In this document: positions 50,183 to 59,793 of the stretch, one piece after another | How the letters are laid out: the number at the start of each line of letters is the position of its first letter | How positions within the stretch are numbered: position 1 is the stretch's first letter | Source: Candidatus Oleimmundimicrobium sp. | GTDB lineage: Bacteria > Actinomycetota > Aquicultoria > UBA3085 > Oleimmundimicrobiaceae | Reading direction: 5' to 3' | Length of the DNA: 64,000 nt | Assembly (NCBI RefSeq): GCF_030651595.1 | Contig: NZ_JAUSCH010000004.1 | Span: 74,026 to 138,025, forward strand | Position numbers and translations under genes: made by a program | Notes under the pieces: model-generated | What the model was told of the DNA's origin: nothing | Database searches by the model: none | What the model saw: only the letters and a program-made list of their open reading frames with translations

Positions 50183-51292
50183 TTATTCTTCCCCTTCAAC
50201 TTCCAATACGATTTTTATTTGATTTTTTTCCCTCAAAATTTTTGGAGGGTTTTTTAAATATAAAAAATATTTTTTACCTATTTTGCCAAACTCTTCTTCC
50301 ACCAAACAAGATAGCTTGTCTAAATCATCTTTTTGAATATATTTTACGAGGTTTGATGGATAGTTGAAATTGGCGTTAGTTGATAATTTAATCTCTCTCT
50401 TTTTGCCCTTTTTAAATAAAGCTGAATATAAGTCATCAAGGGGTTCTACATCTCCACTAAAAATTCGGTTAACATTTCGTTTAGATACATCCAGGCCATA
50501 ATAATCATTCGATGTCTCTGCAAGAACGTTCACGCTTCCAATGCAACCAAGGCATTGCCAGAGAGGCAAGCTTCCTTTTTCAAAATTTTCAAGAAATACT
50601 GCCTTGCCACCTTTATTTGAATTTAATAAATTTTGACTTAAATAATACATTGTCGCTAAAACTTGAGTTGGAAAACCAAAAAAAACCTTTATTTCTTGAT
50701 GTTCAATACAAAACTCAACCAGTAACCTTAAAATATTATGAGGCCCTTTAGTAACATGGGCTTCTCCATGGCGTATTTTTATTACAGGTAATGTAGATTG
50801 GTCTTTGCGTTCTGGGAGTTTTGTGGTATCTATGTTGACCTTAATAATGCTTCCTCTGTTGGCCGCGGACATTACAACATTTATTTCTTCTGTGTTATTT
50901 TTTATGGCATACAATGCCATTCCGCGACCATGAATGCCATATTTATCTGTAACGATACTATCTAATTTGGAAGTAACCCGTGGCTCAAAAATTTTCGGTA
51001 CTAAATTAGATGGAATTCCACATCCATCGTCTACGATAACAATATTCCTATCATTTTTTTCTTTATGAAAAGCAATAAATATATTTTTACAACCCGCGTC
51101 TCTAGAGTTACGGATAAGTTCCACTACAACATCTTCGACCGAGCGTATATCATGTTTTGCTTGTCTTTTTTCCGCTTCGCTTATATTTAAGCGAACAAAA
51201 CCATTTCCTAAATATTCCTCAACTTTTTGATATTTGTCCCCGGTAACTCCCTCAATGAAATTTATTAATTCATCTGTTTTTTTTGAAGACAA
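50183..51292 (-). CDS. GHKL (MutL-N-like) ATP-binding protein of unknown function
   Basis: VVELIRNSRDAG, DDGCGI, TSK, HGRGMAL Bergerat-fold motifs. Confidence 0.85.
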   Translation of the reverse strand: MSSKKTDELINFIEGVTGDKYQKVEEYLGNGFVRLNISEAEKRQAKHDIRSVEDVVVELIRNSRDAGCKNIFIAFHKEKNDRNIVIVDDGCGIPSNLVPKIFEPRVTSKLDSIVTDKYGIHGRGMALYAIKNNTEEINVVMSAANRGSIIKVNIDTTKLPERKDQSTLPVIKIRHGEAHVTKGPHNILRLLVEFCIEHQEIKVFFGFPTQVLATMYYLSQNLLNSNKGGKAVFLENFEKGSLPLWQCLGCIGSVNVLAETSNDYYGLDVSKRNVNRIFSGDVEPLDDLYSALFKKGKKREIKLSTNANFNYPSNLVKYIQKDDLDKLSCLVEEEFGKIGKKYFLYLKNPPKILREKNQIKIVLEVEGEE

Positions 51293-51312
51293 GGCTACCT
51301 CACAAAAATCAG

Positions 51313-52851
51313 TTATTTAGCGTATTCTGTTGCCCTTTGCTCACGAATTACCGTGACCTTGATTTGTCCAGGATATTCCATCTCAGCTTCTATTTCCTTG
51401 GCAATTTCTTTAGCAAGCAAAGCAGATTCCGCATCATCTATTTTTTCAGGCTTCACCAAAACTCTAACTTCTCGTCCGGCTTGCATAACAAAAGATTTTT
51501 CAACACCCTTGTGCGAATCTGCTATCCTTTCAAGATTTTCTAATCGCTTGATATAACTTTCAAGAGTCTCTCGCCTAGCACCTGGCCGAGCAGCAGAAAT
51601 TGCATCTGCTGATTGAACAAGGACAGCTTCAATAGTTTTAGGTTCAACGTCTAAATGGTGCGCCTCTATTGCATGGCAGACCGCTTCTGATTCTTGAAAC
51701 CTTTTGGCTAAATCCGCGCCAATAACAGCATGAGAACCTTCCACCTCATGATCGATTGCTTTACCAATATCATGTAAAAGTCCTGCTCTTTTTGCCAGCT
51801 TTACGTCTGTCCCAAGTTCAGCAGCCATAACCCCCGCTAAATGACAAACCTCAATTGAGTGCATTAAAACATTTTGGCCATAGCTTGTTCTATATTTTAA
51901 CCTTCCAAGTACTCTAATTAACTCTGGATGTAAATTCTGAACATTTGCGTCAAAGGCAGATTGCTCTCCCACCTCTCTTATTTTTGTTTCCACTTCTTGT
52001 TTGGCCTTCTTATACATCTCTTCAATTCGCGCTGGATGTATCCTACCATCAGCTATTAATTTTTCAAGTGCAATTCTAGCAATTTCCCTTCTTACTGAAT
52101 CAAAACAAGAAATCACAACAGCTTCAGGTGTATCGTCTATTATTAAATTGACACCAGAGACATTCTCAAAAGCTCTGATGTTTCTTCCTTCACGCCCTAT
52201 TATCCGCCCTTTCATCTCATCACCCGGTAGAATAATTGATGATACGGTAGTTTCAGCCACATGATCCGCCGCGCAACGCTGAATAGCCAAAGAAACAACA
52301 TTCCGAGCCCTCTTTTCGGACTCTTCTCGAGCTTCACTTTCAATGTTTCTCACCATTAAAGCGGCATCGTGTCTTGCATCATCTTCCACTTTTTTTAATA
52401 ACATATTTTTTGCCTCTTCAACCGACATTTTTGCAATTTCTTGCAGCATCTCTTTTTGTTTGCTAATAACTTCTTTTAAATCGGTTTCAAGAACTTCGAT
52501 TTTCTTTTTTCGTTCGATTAAACCCTTTTCTTCTTGGTTTAAATCTTCTCGTTTCTTCTCAAAGATCTCTTCTTTTTGAGTAAAACGCGATTCCATTCTT
52601 TGTATTTCTGCACGGCGCTCCCTAATTTCCCTTTCAGCTTCCGTCCTCATAGAGTGAATTCCATCCTTAGCTTCAAGGATAGCTTCCTTTTTCTTTGTTT
52701 CAGCTTCTTTGTTTGCTTCAAGAATTATCTTTTTTGCCTCTGCTTCAGCAGAATCAATTCTTGTTTCCGCTAAATATCTTCTTAGAAAAAAACCCGCGAC
52801 TACGCCTAATATGCTGAATATTAAAATTAGTAAAATGTATGTTATTGGCAC
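51313..52851 (-). CDS. rny: Ribonuclease Y
   Basis: N-terminal TM, coiled coil, KH ([11 protein letters not shown]), HD (LLHDIGK). Confidence 0.98.
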   Translation of the reverse strand: MPITYILLILIFSILGVVAGFFLRRYLAETRIDSAEAEAKKIILEANKEAETKKKEAILEAKDGIHSMRTEAEREIRERRAEIQRMESRFTQKEEIFEKKREDLNQEEKGLIERKKKIEVLETDLKEVISKQKEMLQEIAKMSVEEAKNMLLKKVEDDARHDAALMVRNIESEAREESEKRARNVVSLAIQRCAADHVAETTVSSIILPGDEMKGRIIGREGRNIRAFENVSGVNLIIDDTPEAVVISCFDSVRREIARIALEKLIADGRIHPARIEEMYKKAKQEVETKIREVGEQSAFDANVQNLHPELIRVLGRLKYRTSYGQNVLMHSIEVCHLAGVMAAELGTDVKLAKRAGLLHDIGKAIDHEVEGSHAVIGADLAKRFQESEAVCHAIEAHHLDVEPKTIEAVLVQSADAISAARPGARRETLESYIKRLENLERIADSHKGVEKSFVMQAGREVRVLVKPEKIDDAESALLAKEIAKEIEAEMEYPGQIKVTVIREQRATEYAK

Positions 52852-52882
52852 TTTAAAATCCCCCTTTTTTAAGATTAAAAAT

Positions 52883-53047
52883 AAAAAAACCGAGCGTTGC
52901 TCGGCAAATTAAAATTTACTTAGTTACTTTATAAAAAAATTTCTATTTTTAAAATTTTTAAATACATTGATTAAAATAAATTTTAATTTTTAATCTAAAA
53001 TCTATATCAATCAAGAAAGAAATTTTATAAGTAAATTAACCGCCGAA
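52883..53047 (-). promoter_or_regulatory. Structured rny leader: AU-rich rod overlapping an intrinsic terminator
   Basis: Five nested helices 53047-52900; CCGAGC-aac-GCTCGG-T7 terminator shares CCGAG with the rod base. Confidence 0.6.
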
Positions 53048-53122
53048 ACAACAATTAATAAATCAATTTATTTTTAATATTATTACATATTAATTAATAA
53101 TATTATTAAACGCTATACAATG

Positions 53123-53623
53123 TCAATCTATAAAAAAATCATGATCCAATAATTTCTCGCATGTTCTTCTTAAAATATTAGGTCTAAAACCCTTACTTGC
53201 CAAATAATTATAAAGCCTTCTTTTTTTAGTATCGTCATTAAGTCTCTCGTATTTCTTTAATTGTTTTCTTGCCACCTCAAAAACTATTTTTTCCTCTTCT
53301 TCCTCGGGGTAGATACTATTAAGTTCTTTTTCAATTAAGTTCGCATTAACTCCCTTTAGAAGCAGTTCTGATTTTAATCGATTTCTACTTAACGATTTAC
53401 CTTCTTTTCTAGACTCAATCCAAATTCTAGCAAATAATAAATCATCTAAATAGCCAAAATTTTCGAGATATTTTATAACTTTCTCAATAAGTTTTTGACC
53501 ATAACTTTTTCGTTTTAAATAATCAACTACCTCTTTAGTGCTTCGAGGCCTATATTTAAGATAGTTTAGGGTTTTGTTTATTGCCCCCTTCTCCTCATCG
53601 GAAAAGGTTTTTTCCTCAAACAA
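53123..53623 (-). CDS. recX: RecA regulator RecX
   Basis: L.YRPRS.KE, GYLDD..FA, L..KGF; follows recA. Confidence 0.93.
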   Translation of the reverse strand: MFEEKTFSDEEKGAINKTLNYLKYRPRSTKEVVDYLKRKSYGQKLIEKVIKYLENFGYLDDLLFARIWIESRKEGKSLSRNRLKSELLLKGVNANLIEKELNSIYPEEEEEKIVFEVARKQLKKYERLNDDTKKRRLYNYLASKGFRPNILRRTCEKLLDHDFFID

Positions 53624-53625
53624 CG

Positions 53626-54669
53626 CTATGCCTTTACCTCTTTCTTATCTTTTTTATCTTTTTTATCAACTTTTTTTCCATTTTCAACTAATCCTACAGC
53701 AATTTTAACTTTTTCTTCTATCTCGTTGGCTATTTTAGGATTTTCTATTAAAAACTGTTTTGCGCTTTCTCTGCCTTGACCCAATCTCTCATCATTGTAC
53801 GTATACCAAGCTCCGCTTTTATTTGCTATTCCATGTTCAATCCCCATATCTAATATGTTACCTTCTTTTGAAATTCCCTTACCATAGATAATGTCAAATT
53901 CGGCTTTTTTAAAAGGAGGGGCTACTTTATTTTTAACCACTTTTGCCCTGACTCGATTTCCAATGATATCTAACCCCTGCTTTATCGATTCAATTCTTCT
54001 GATATCTATTCTAATCGTGGCGTAAAACTTAAGCGCTCTTCCGCCTGAGGTTGTTTCGGGATTCCCGAACATTATGCCAATCTTTTCTCTCAGTTGGTTT
54101 ATAAATATAACAACGGTTTTCGACTTACTGATGGCACCGGACAGCTTTCTGAGAGCTTGCGACATTAATCTTGCCTGAAGGCCCACGTGTGAATCTCCCA
54201 TCTCCCCCTCAATTTCAGCCCGAGGAACCAATGCCGCAACGGAATCAATAGTTATAATATCAACTGCTCCACTTCTTACAAGCATCTCGGTAATTTCAAG
54301 CGCTTGTTCGCCTGTATCGGGCTGAGAAACAAGCAAATTCTCTACGTCTACGCCCAAATTACGAGCATAACCTGAATCAAGAGCATGCTCGGCATCAATA
54401 AAGGCTGCCACCCCACCATTTTTCTGTGCCTCCGCAATAATTTGTAATGCCAAAGTAGTCTTGCCGGAAGCTTCGGGTCCATATACCTCAATAATTCTTC
54501 CCCTGGGAACACCTCCGATACCCAAAGCAATATCTAAGGCTAAAGAGCCAGTAGGAATTGTTTCGTAATCGAGCCTTGTCGGATGATCCCCGAGCCTCAT
54601 AATAGCGCCCTTCCCATATTTTCTTTCAATTTGTTCCTTTGCCAATTCTAAAACTTTTTCGCGCTCCAT
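53626..54669 (-). CDS. recA: Recombinase RecA
   Basis: [36 protein letters not shown]. Confidence 0.99.
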   Translation of the reverse strand: MEREKVLELAKEQIERKYGKGAIMRLGDHPTRLDYETIPTGSLALDIALGIGGVPRGRIIEVYGPEASGKTTLALQIIAEAQKNGGVAAFIDAEHALDSGYARNLGVDVENLLVSQPDTGEQALEITEMLVRSGAVDIITIDSVAALVPRAEIEGEMGDSHVGLQARLMSQALRKLSGAISKSKTVVIFINQLREKIGIMFGNPETTSGGRALKFYATIRIDIRRIESIKQGLDIIGNRVRAKVVKNKVAPPFKKAEFDIIYGKGISKEGNILDMGIEHGIANKSGAWYTYNDERLGQGRESAKQFLIENPKIANEIEEKVKIAVGLVENGKKVDKKDKKDKKEVKA

Positions 54670-54698
54670 TTTTCCTCCCAGAATCATATTTTTCTAAA

Positions 54699-54727
54699 AT
54701 TTTATACGAACTAATGTTCGATGTCAA
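54699..54727 (-). promoter_or_regulatory. recA promoter with LexA box in the spacer
   Basis: TTGACA-17-TAAAAT enclosing CGAAC-N4-GTTCG (54707-54720). Confidence 0.92.
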
Positions 54728-55287
54728 TCCGTTTTCAGTTTTAATTCTAAAATTTTTTCATATACCGGCCCTTGAGACATCAAGCTGCTTCTTAAAAGAG
54801 AGATGTTACTAACTTCTACTCGACTTTCCGAAAAACCTTTCGCCTCTATTTTTTCAAAAAATTTCTCAACATTATACAAATTTTTTAATCTCGCAAATGT
54901 AATGTGAGGAAAAAATATCTTTTCGTCTTTAGCAAAACCAATTTTAGCAAAATTTTCCTCTATCGCTTGTTGCAATTTAACTATATTCTCTCCCCCGCTC
55001 TTTATCCCAACCCAAAGAACACGAGCTCTTTTAATTGAAGGAAAGACCCCTAAACCATTTATGTAAAAATCGAAAGGACTAAATTTTTTAAGAGAATTTT
55101 TAAGACCAGATTCAATTTCCGGTAGTAATTCCTCCTCACAATTTCCTAAAAATTTTAAAGTTATATGAAGATTTTCCTCCGATACCCATTTAACATCTTT
55201 TATTTCCTTGTGTGTTTCGTTTTTAAACCAAGCCATCTCATGCTTAAGGTGGCTTGGGAGTTCTAATGCCACAAACAATCTCAACAT
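54724..55287 (-). CDS. thpR: RNA 2',3'-cyclic phosphodiesterase
   Basis: RLFVA, HITLKFLG and PHITFAR 2H motifs. Confidence 0.95.
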   Translation of the reverse strand: MLRLFVALELPSHLKHEMAWFKNETHKEIKDVKWVSEENLHITLKFLGNCEEELLPEIESGLKNSLKKFSPFDFYINGLGVFPSIKRARVLWVGIKSGGENIVKLQQAIEENFAKIGFAKDEKIFFPHITFARLKNLYNVEKFFEKIEAKGFSESRVEVSNISLLRSSLMSQGPVYEKILELKLKTD

Positions 55288-56537
55288 AAAATTAATTCCC
55301 CTTTATTTTTTAGCAAAAACGACCTAATAATTTCCAATGCTTTTTGAGAAGCTTCCCATTTTATTTCTTCCCTTAAACCAGAAAGCTGAAATTTACCACA
55401 ATAAGTATCTTTTTTGCTCCACAAAGCAATAAAAACAGTCCCAACAGGTTTGTCCTTACTTCCACCAGCCGGGCCGGCTATTCCGGTAAGTGCCACCGAT
55501 ATATCAGTATCGCAAATTTGAGCTACTCCCTTGGCCATTGCTTTTGCGGTTTGAGAACTTACGGCTCCATAATTTTTTAAAATTTCCCTGGGTACACCAA
55601 GAACAGCACTCTTAACATCGTTGTTATACGAAACAATTCCGCCTTGAAAATAATCAGAGCTTCCGGAGATGTTAGTTATACGATTTGAAAGTAGCCCTCC
55701 CGTACAAGATTCGGCAACAGAAAGAGTTTGTTTGCGTTTCCTCAAAAGCTCGCCAATCACTTTTTCTAAAGTCTCTTCATTTACTTCAAAAACATAATCA
55801 CCAAGATTCTCGCGAATCTTTTTTTCAGCTTCAAGTAAGACTTCGCGAGTAAAAACAGGTTTTCCTTTGACAGCAATTTGTATATTTACCTCACCAGGGT
55901 GAGGTAACAGGGAAACAGTTAATTTTTCATCTGCTAATAGCTCCTCGATCTTTTTTTGAATCTCAACCTCACTTAACCCACACACTTTAAAGGTAGCAAT
56001 ATCTATAATTTCACCGCAATTAACTCTTTTTTTAAGATAAGGAACGACCGCTCTGTGAAACATTTCCTTCATTTCAGTGGGAACACCCGGCAAAGCTAAA
56101 ATAATTTTCTTTCCAATCTCGATAATTAGTCCGGGGGCCGTACCTAAGGTGGGAATTATAGGAACAGCACCCTCGGGAAGATATGCCTGTTTTAAAACAA
56201 TTTCCGGCATAGGCCTTTTTAAATTAAAATATCGCTTTTTAATTAAATTTGCCGAATCATTGCTTAAAAAAAGTTTCTTTCCTGTATGTTTAGCAATAGC
56301 ATCCCTGGTTAAATCATCAGCCGTTGGTCCCAAACCACCCGTTATTATTAATAAGTCAACCCGATTAAGCGACTCCTCTATAGTTGAAGATATCATTTTT
56401 ACGTCATCAGGAACACTCAATATACGCTTAGCTTCAATTCCAATTTTTCCTAGTTCTCTGGCAATATAATAAGAATTTAAATCCAAAGATAAACCCAATG
56501 TTATTTCTGAACCTATTGTTAAAATTTCACAATTCAC
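55281..56537 (-). CDS. cinA: Competence/damage-inducible protein A (MoCF + PncC)
   Basis: IGSE, GGLGPT.DD.T, LPGVP.EM, AESCTGG, TGIAGP; GTG 56537 likely start. Confidence 0.96.
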   Translation of the reverse strand: MNCEILTIGSEITLGLSLDLNSYYIARELGKIGIEAKRILSVPDDVKMISSTIEESLNRVDLLIITGGLGPTADDLTRDAIAKHTGKKLFLSNDSANLIKKRYFNLKRPMPEIVLKQAYLPEGAVPIIPTLGTAPGLIIEIGKKIILALPGVPTEMKEMFHRAVVPYLKKRVNCGEIIDIATFKVCGLSEVEIQKKIEELLADEKLTVSLLPHPGEVNIQIAVKGKPVFTREVLLEAEKKIRENLGDYVFEVNEETLEKVIGELLRKRKQTLSVAESCTGGLLSNRITNISGSSDYFQGGIVSYNNDVKSAVLGVPREILKNYGAVSSQTAKAMAKGVAQICDTDISVALTGIAGPAGGSKDKPVGTVFIALWSKKDTYCGKFQLSGLREEIKWEASQKALEIIRSFLLKNKGELILC

Positions 56538-57072
56538 TCGGCTCACGCCCCCGCACCATCCAGATATCGATTGATTTAATAAAGTAATCAATTCCAGAGT
56601 AAAACGTAAAGAAAATTGCCACAATTAATATCACATACGTCAACAAGGTATTTGGCAAAACAATCAATGCAATAACCATCACAATTTGACTAATGGTTTT
56701 TAATTTTCCCCAAATGCTTGCGGCAATAACCTTGTTTTCCGCAATAGCCATAAGTCTTAAGCCGGAAACTAAAAATTCTCTGGCAATTATGGCCGTTGCA
56801 ATCCATGCAGATAAAAGATTTAAATCAACTAAAGAAATTAAAGCGGCTGAAATTAGCAATTTATCGGCCAGAGGATCCAGAAATTTTCCAAAAACTGTAA
56901 CAAGGCCTTTTGAGCGCGCAATGTAACCATCTAAACCATCAGACATGGCTGCCACTATAAATATCCCAATAGAAATCCAGTTACCGTATTTGATGTTTGA
57001 GAGCAAAAATGCCATGAATACAGGAATTAATAAAATCCTTAAAATCGTAATTTTGTTAGCTGTGTTTAACAT
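56527..57072 (-). CDS. pgsA: Phosphatidylglycerophosphate synthase
   Basis: ANKIT..R, D.LDGYIAR, G.FLDPLADK. Confidence 0.96.
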   Translation of the reverse strand: MLNTANKITILRILLIPVFMAFLLSNIKYGNWISIGIFIVAAMSDGLDGYIARSKGLVTVFGKFLDPLADKLLISAALISLVDLNLLSAWIATAIIAREFLVSGLRLMAIAENKVIAASIWGKLKTISQIVMVIALIVLPNTLLTYVILIVAIFFTFYSGIDYFIKSIDIWMVRGREPSEL

Positions 57073-58397
57073 TCAACTTCACCCACCAAATCATATCCAT
57101 CAACTCCCACTATTTTTGCCGAAGCAAAGGTTCCGGTTTTAAGAGTTTTTTCTTTGTTGTTTTTTATATAAACAAGACCATCAATATCAGGCGACTGATA
57201 TTGATTTCTACCTAAGAACACTGCATCCGATTCAAAAGACTCAATTAAAACTTTCATTTCTTGCCCTTGATGTCTTCTATTTTTTTCAAAAGCTATTGAA
57301 TCCTGTAAAGTAGTTAATTGATGATAACGTTCTCTTTTTATTTTGTTAGAAACTTGGGAAGGTAAGGTGGCCGCTTTTGTTCCCTCTTCGGCAGAAAATT
57401 CAAACACCCCGATATAATCAAGTTGAGCCAATTTTGTAAAATCGAGCAATTCCTCAAAATCTTTATCTGATTCCCCGGGGAAACCTACAATTAAAGAACT
57501 TCTAATAACCAGATTGGGAAGATGCCCTCTTATTTTTTTTATTAAATCTAAATAATCATCAACAGAACCTTTGCGCCCCATTATATTTAATATTTTTTTG
57601 CTTGAGTGTTGGAATGGCAAGTCAATATAATGACACACTTTGGGATTGTTTGCCATAACCGCAAGCAACTCTTCTGAAAAACCACTGGGCTGAATATATA
57701 TTAATCTTATCCAGTCAAGTTGCTCTATTTTTGAAAGTTTTAAAATTAATTCAGGTAATTTTCTTTCGCCGTATATATCAACGCCGTAATCGCTTGTGTC
57801 TTGGCCAACGAGGATAATTTCCTTAACTCCCTTACTTGCTAAAAATTTTGCCTCCTCAACTAATTTGTTTATTGGAAGACTTTGATAATTCCCTTTTATA
57901 GAAGGTATCGCGCAATAAGTGCATTTGTTGTTGCATCCATCTGATATTTTTAAATAAGCATAAGGCAAAAGAGGCTCTATTCGTTTAAGCTCCTCCTTGA
58001 CATATGCTAAAGGTTTACTCACTTCAACGAGGCGTTTTCCGCTGGTAAATTCGTTAATCTCCTCCGGAATTTTTGATAAATTATTCACGCCCAAAAGAAT
58101 ATCAATCTCCGGAATCTCCTTGAACAATTCATCGGGGTATCTTTGAACCAAACATCCCACAACAATAAGTACTTTACATATTCCTTCTTTTTTATAGCAA
58201 GCATACTCAAGTATTGTTTCTATGGATTCTCGTTTAGCGAATTCAATAAAGCCACATGTATTTATTATTATAACGTCGGCTATTTTTGGGTTAGAGACTA
58301 AATTATAGCCAAAACTAAGAAGCTCGCCCTTTATATGGTCAGAATCTACTTCGTTTTTGGGACAACCAAGCGTAATAACCATTATATTTAAACCCAA
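57066..58397 (-). CDS. rimO: Ribosomal protein S12 methylthiotransferase
   Basis: TLGCPKN.VDS, NTCGFI..AK.ESI, GCNNKCTYCAIP, SPDIDG. Confidence 0.96.
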   Translation of the reverse strand: MGLNIMVITLGCPKNEVDSDHIKGELLSFGYNLVSNPKIADVIIINTCGFIEFAKRESIETILEYACYKKEGICKVLIVVGCLVQRYPDELFKEIPEIDILLGVNNLSKIPEEINEFTSGKRLVEVSKPLAYVKEELKRIEPLLPYAYLKISDGCNNKCTYCAIPSIKGNYQSLPINKLVEEAKFLASKGVKEIILVGQDTSDYGVDIYGERKLPELILKLSKIEQLDWIRLIYIQPSGFSEELLAVMANNPKVCHYIDLPFQHSSKKILNIMGRKGSVDDYLDLIKKIRGHLPNLVIRSSLIVGFPGESDKDFEELLDFTKLAQLDYIGVFEFSAEEGTKAATLPSQVSNKIKRERYHQLTTLQDSIAFEKNRRHQGQEMKVLIESFESDAVFLGRNQYQSPDIDGLVYIKNNKEKTLKTGTFASAKIVGVDGYDLVGEVEC

Positions 58398-58408
58398 CTT
58401 CTTACCCC

Positions 58409-58906
58409 CTATCTATAATTTTGAAATTGCAGAGGGATTGAAAAATCGGAGGACTTAACTAAAGCAATTGCTTCTTGAAGCTGGTCTTTATTTTTGCCAA
58501 AAACCCTTAATTTATTATCCTCAATTTGTACTTTAACTTTAATCTTTTTTTCCTTAATGAATTTATTTATCTTTTTTGCAATTTCCTGCGATATCCCCTG
58601 AACGATATCAAACTTTTGTCTAACCCTACCACTAATTGCAGGTTCAACTTTGCCAGCACTCAAAGCTTTTAATGAAATTCCCCGTTTAACAAATTTTTGC
58701 TTTAATACATCTGAAATATTTTTAAGGACAAAGTCGCTCTCTGCAATGATGACTATTTCACTTTCTTTTTTATTTAAGATAACCTCGCTGTAACTTTTTT
58801 TAAGATCATACCTCGTTTTAATTTCTTTAATTGTTTGATTAATCGCATTATCTACTTCTTGCATATCAATTTCGGATACTATATCAAATGAATTTTCTTT
58901 TGCCAT
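58409..58906 (-). CDS. yajQ: YajQ-family nucleotide-binding protein
   Basis: SFDIVS, QEVDNA.NQ, RYD.K, PLQF.NYR. Confidence 0.96.
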   Translation of the reverse strand: MAKENSFDIVSEIDMQEVDNAINQTIKEIKTRYDLKKSYSEVILNKKESEIVIIAESDFVLKNISDVLKQKFVKRGISLKALSAGKVEPAISGRVRQKFDIVQGISQEIAKKINKFIKEKKIKVKVQIEDNKLRVFGKNKDQLQEAIALVKSSDFSIPLQFQNYR

Positions 58907-58921
58907 ACAATCAACTCCTGA

Positions 58922-59692
58922 TTATTTTGATGTAAACGTTTTTTCCTCTAAACCGATTCCTAATTCCCCGAGCAACTCTCCGTCCTTTTCTATTTGAACT
59001 AATTGCCCGTTGCCACTTTTTATGATCACCGACCCCTTAGCTATCCACTCTTTAAACTCACCTTTTTCCAATATTCTTTCCAAAACTTTTTCTCCGTCAA
59101 CAAATACACGCAACCAAACTGTATCAAGCGCCGTCACTTTAATTTTAAATTCTTCTCCCGTAAGGTTAGGCGCCTCGTTAGGAGCAAGCACGTCGTTTGC
59201 AGGTTGTTTAGCATCCTCTATCGCGGATTCTTCCTTAGGCGGTAAAACTTCTTCTAAAGGAACTTCGTTTTTTTCCTTCGCCCCAGGAACAACTTCAGAT
59301 CTGCCTCGTAATGCTCGTGCTCCCAAAACAATGAGGGTAATTAATATAAAAATTCCTACCACAAAAAAGACAAAATTTAATCTTCGACGCATATACACAC
59401 TTGTTTTATTAAAATCAAGATATTTTTCTTCTTGCTGTCTTAATGATTCTCCATATCCGCTTTCGTACTCTTTAATAAGAGGATTGCTGTCTATTTTTAA
59501 AAAAGAGGCGTAAGTTCTAATAAAACCCTTAACATAAGGACTACCAGGAATAATACCAAAATTGTCGTTCTCAATTGCTTCAAGATAACGTTTTCTTATT
59601 TTGGTATTATTTTCTACATCTTTTAGGCTTATTCCCAGTTGTTCCCGTCTATTTTTAAATATTTTTCCTATTGAACCCACTTTAATCTCCAA
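58922..59692 (-). CDS. rodZ: RodZ-family HTH membrane protein
   Basis: TKIR.RYL.AIE, Y.KGFIR.YA, single TM, WLRV..DG C-terminal domain. Confidence 0.88.
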   Translation of the reverse strand: MEIKVGSIGKIFKNRREQLGISLKDVENNTKIRKRYLEAIENDNFGIIPGSPYVKGFIRTYASFLKIDSNPLIKEYESGYGESLRQQEEKYLDFNKTSVYMRRRLNFVFFVVGIFILITLIVLGARALRGRSEVVPGAKEKNEVPLEEVLPPKEESAIEDAKQPANDVLAPNEAPNLTGEEFKIKVTALDTVWLRVFVDGEKVLERILEKGEFKEWIAKGSVIIKSGNGQLVQIEKDGELLGELGIGLEEKTFTSK

Positions 59693-59793
59693 CTCTTAAA
59701 CAGCAACACCTTACTATCTTAATTGTTGCTTATATAATTCATCAACACATTAACGTTTCCTTTTAATTTAAAAAGTTAATTTAAATTAACTTT

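Noticed and set aside
53640-53680. GATAAAAAA repeats at the recA 3' end
   Set aside because: Low-complexity DKK tail in a variable region; no sign of a separate function
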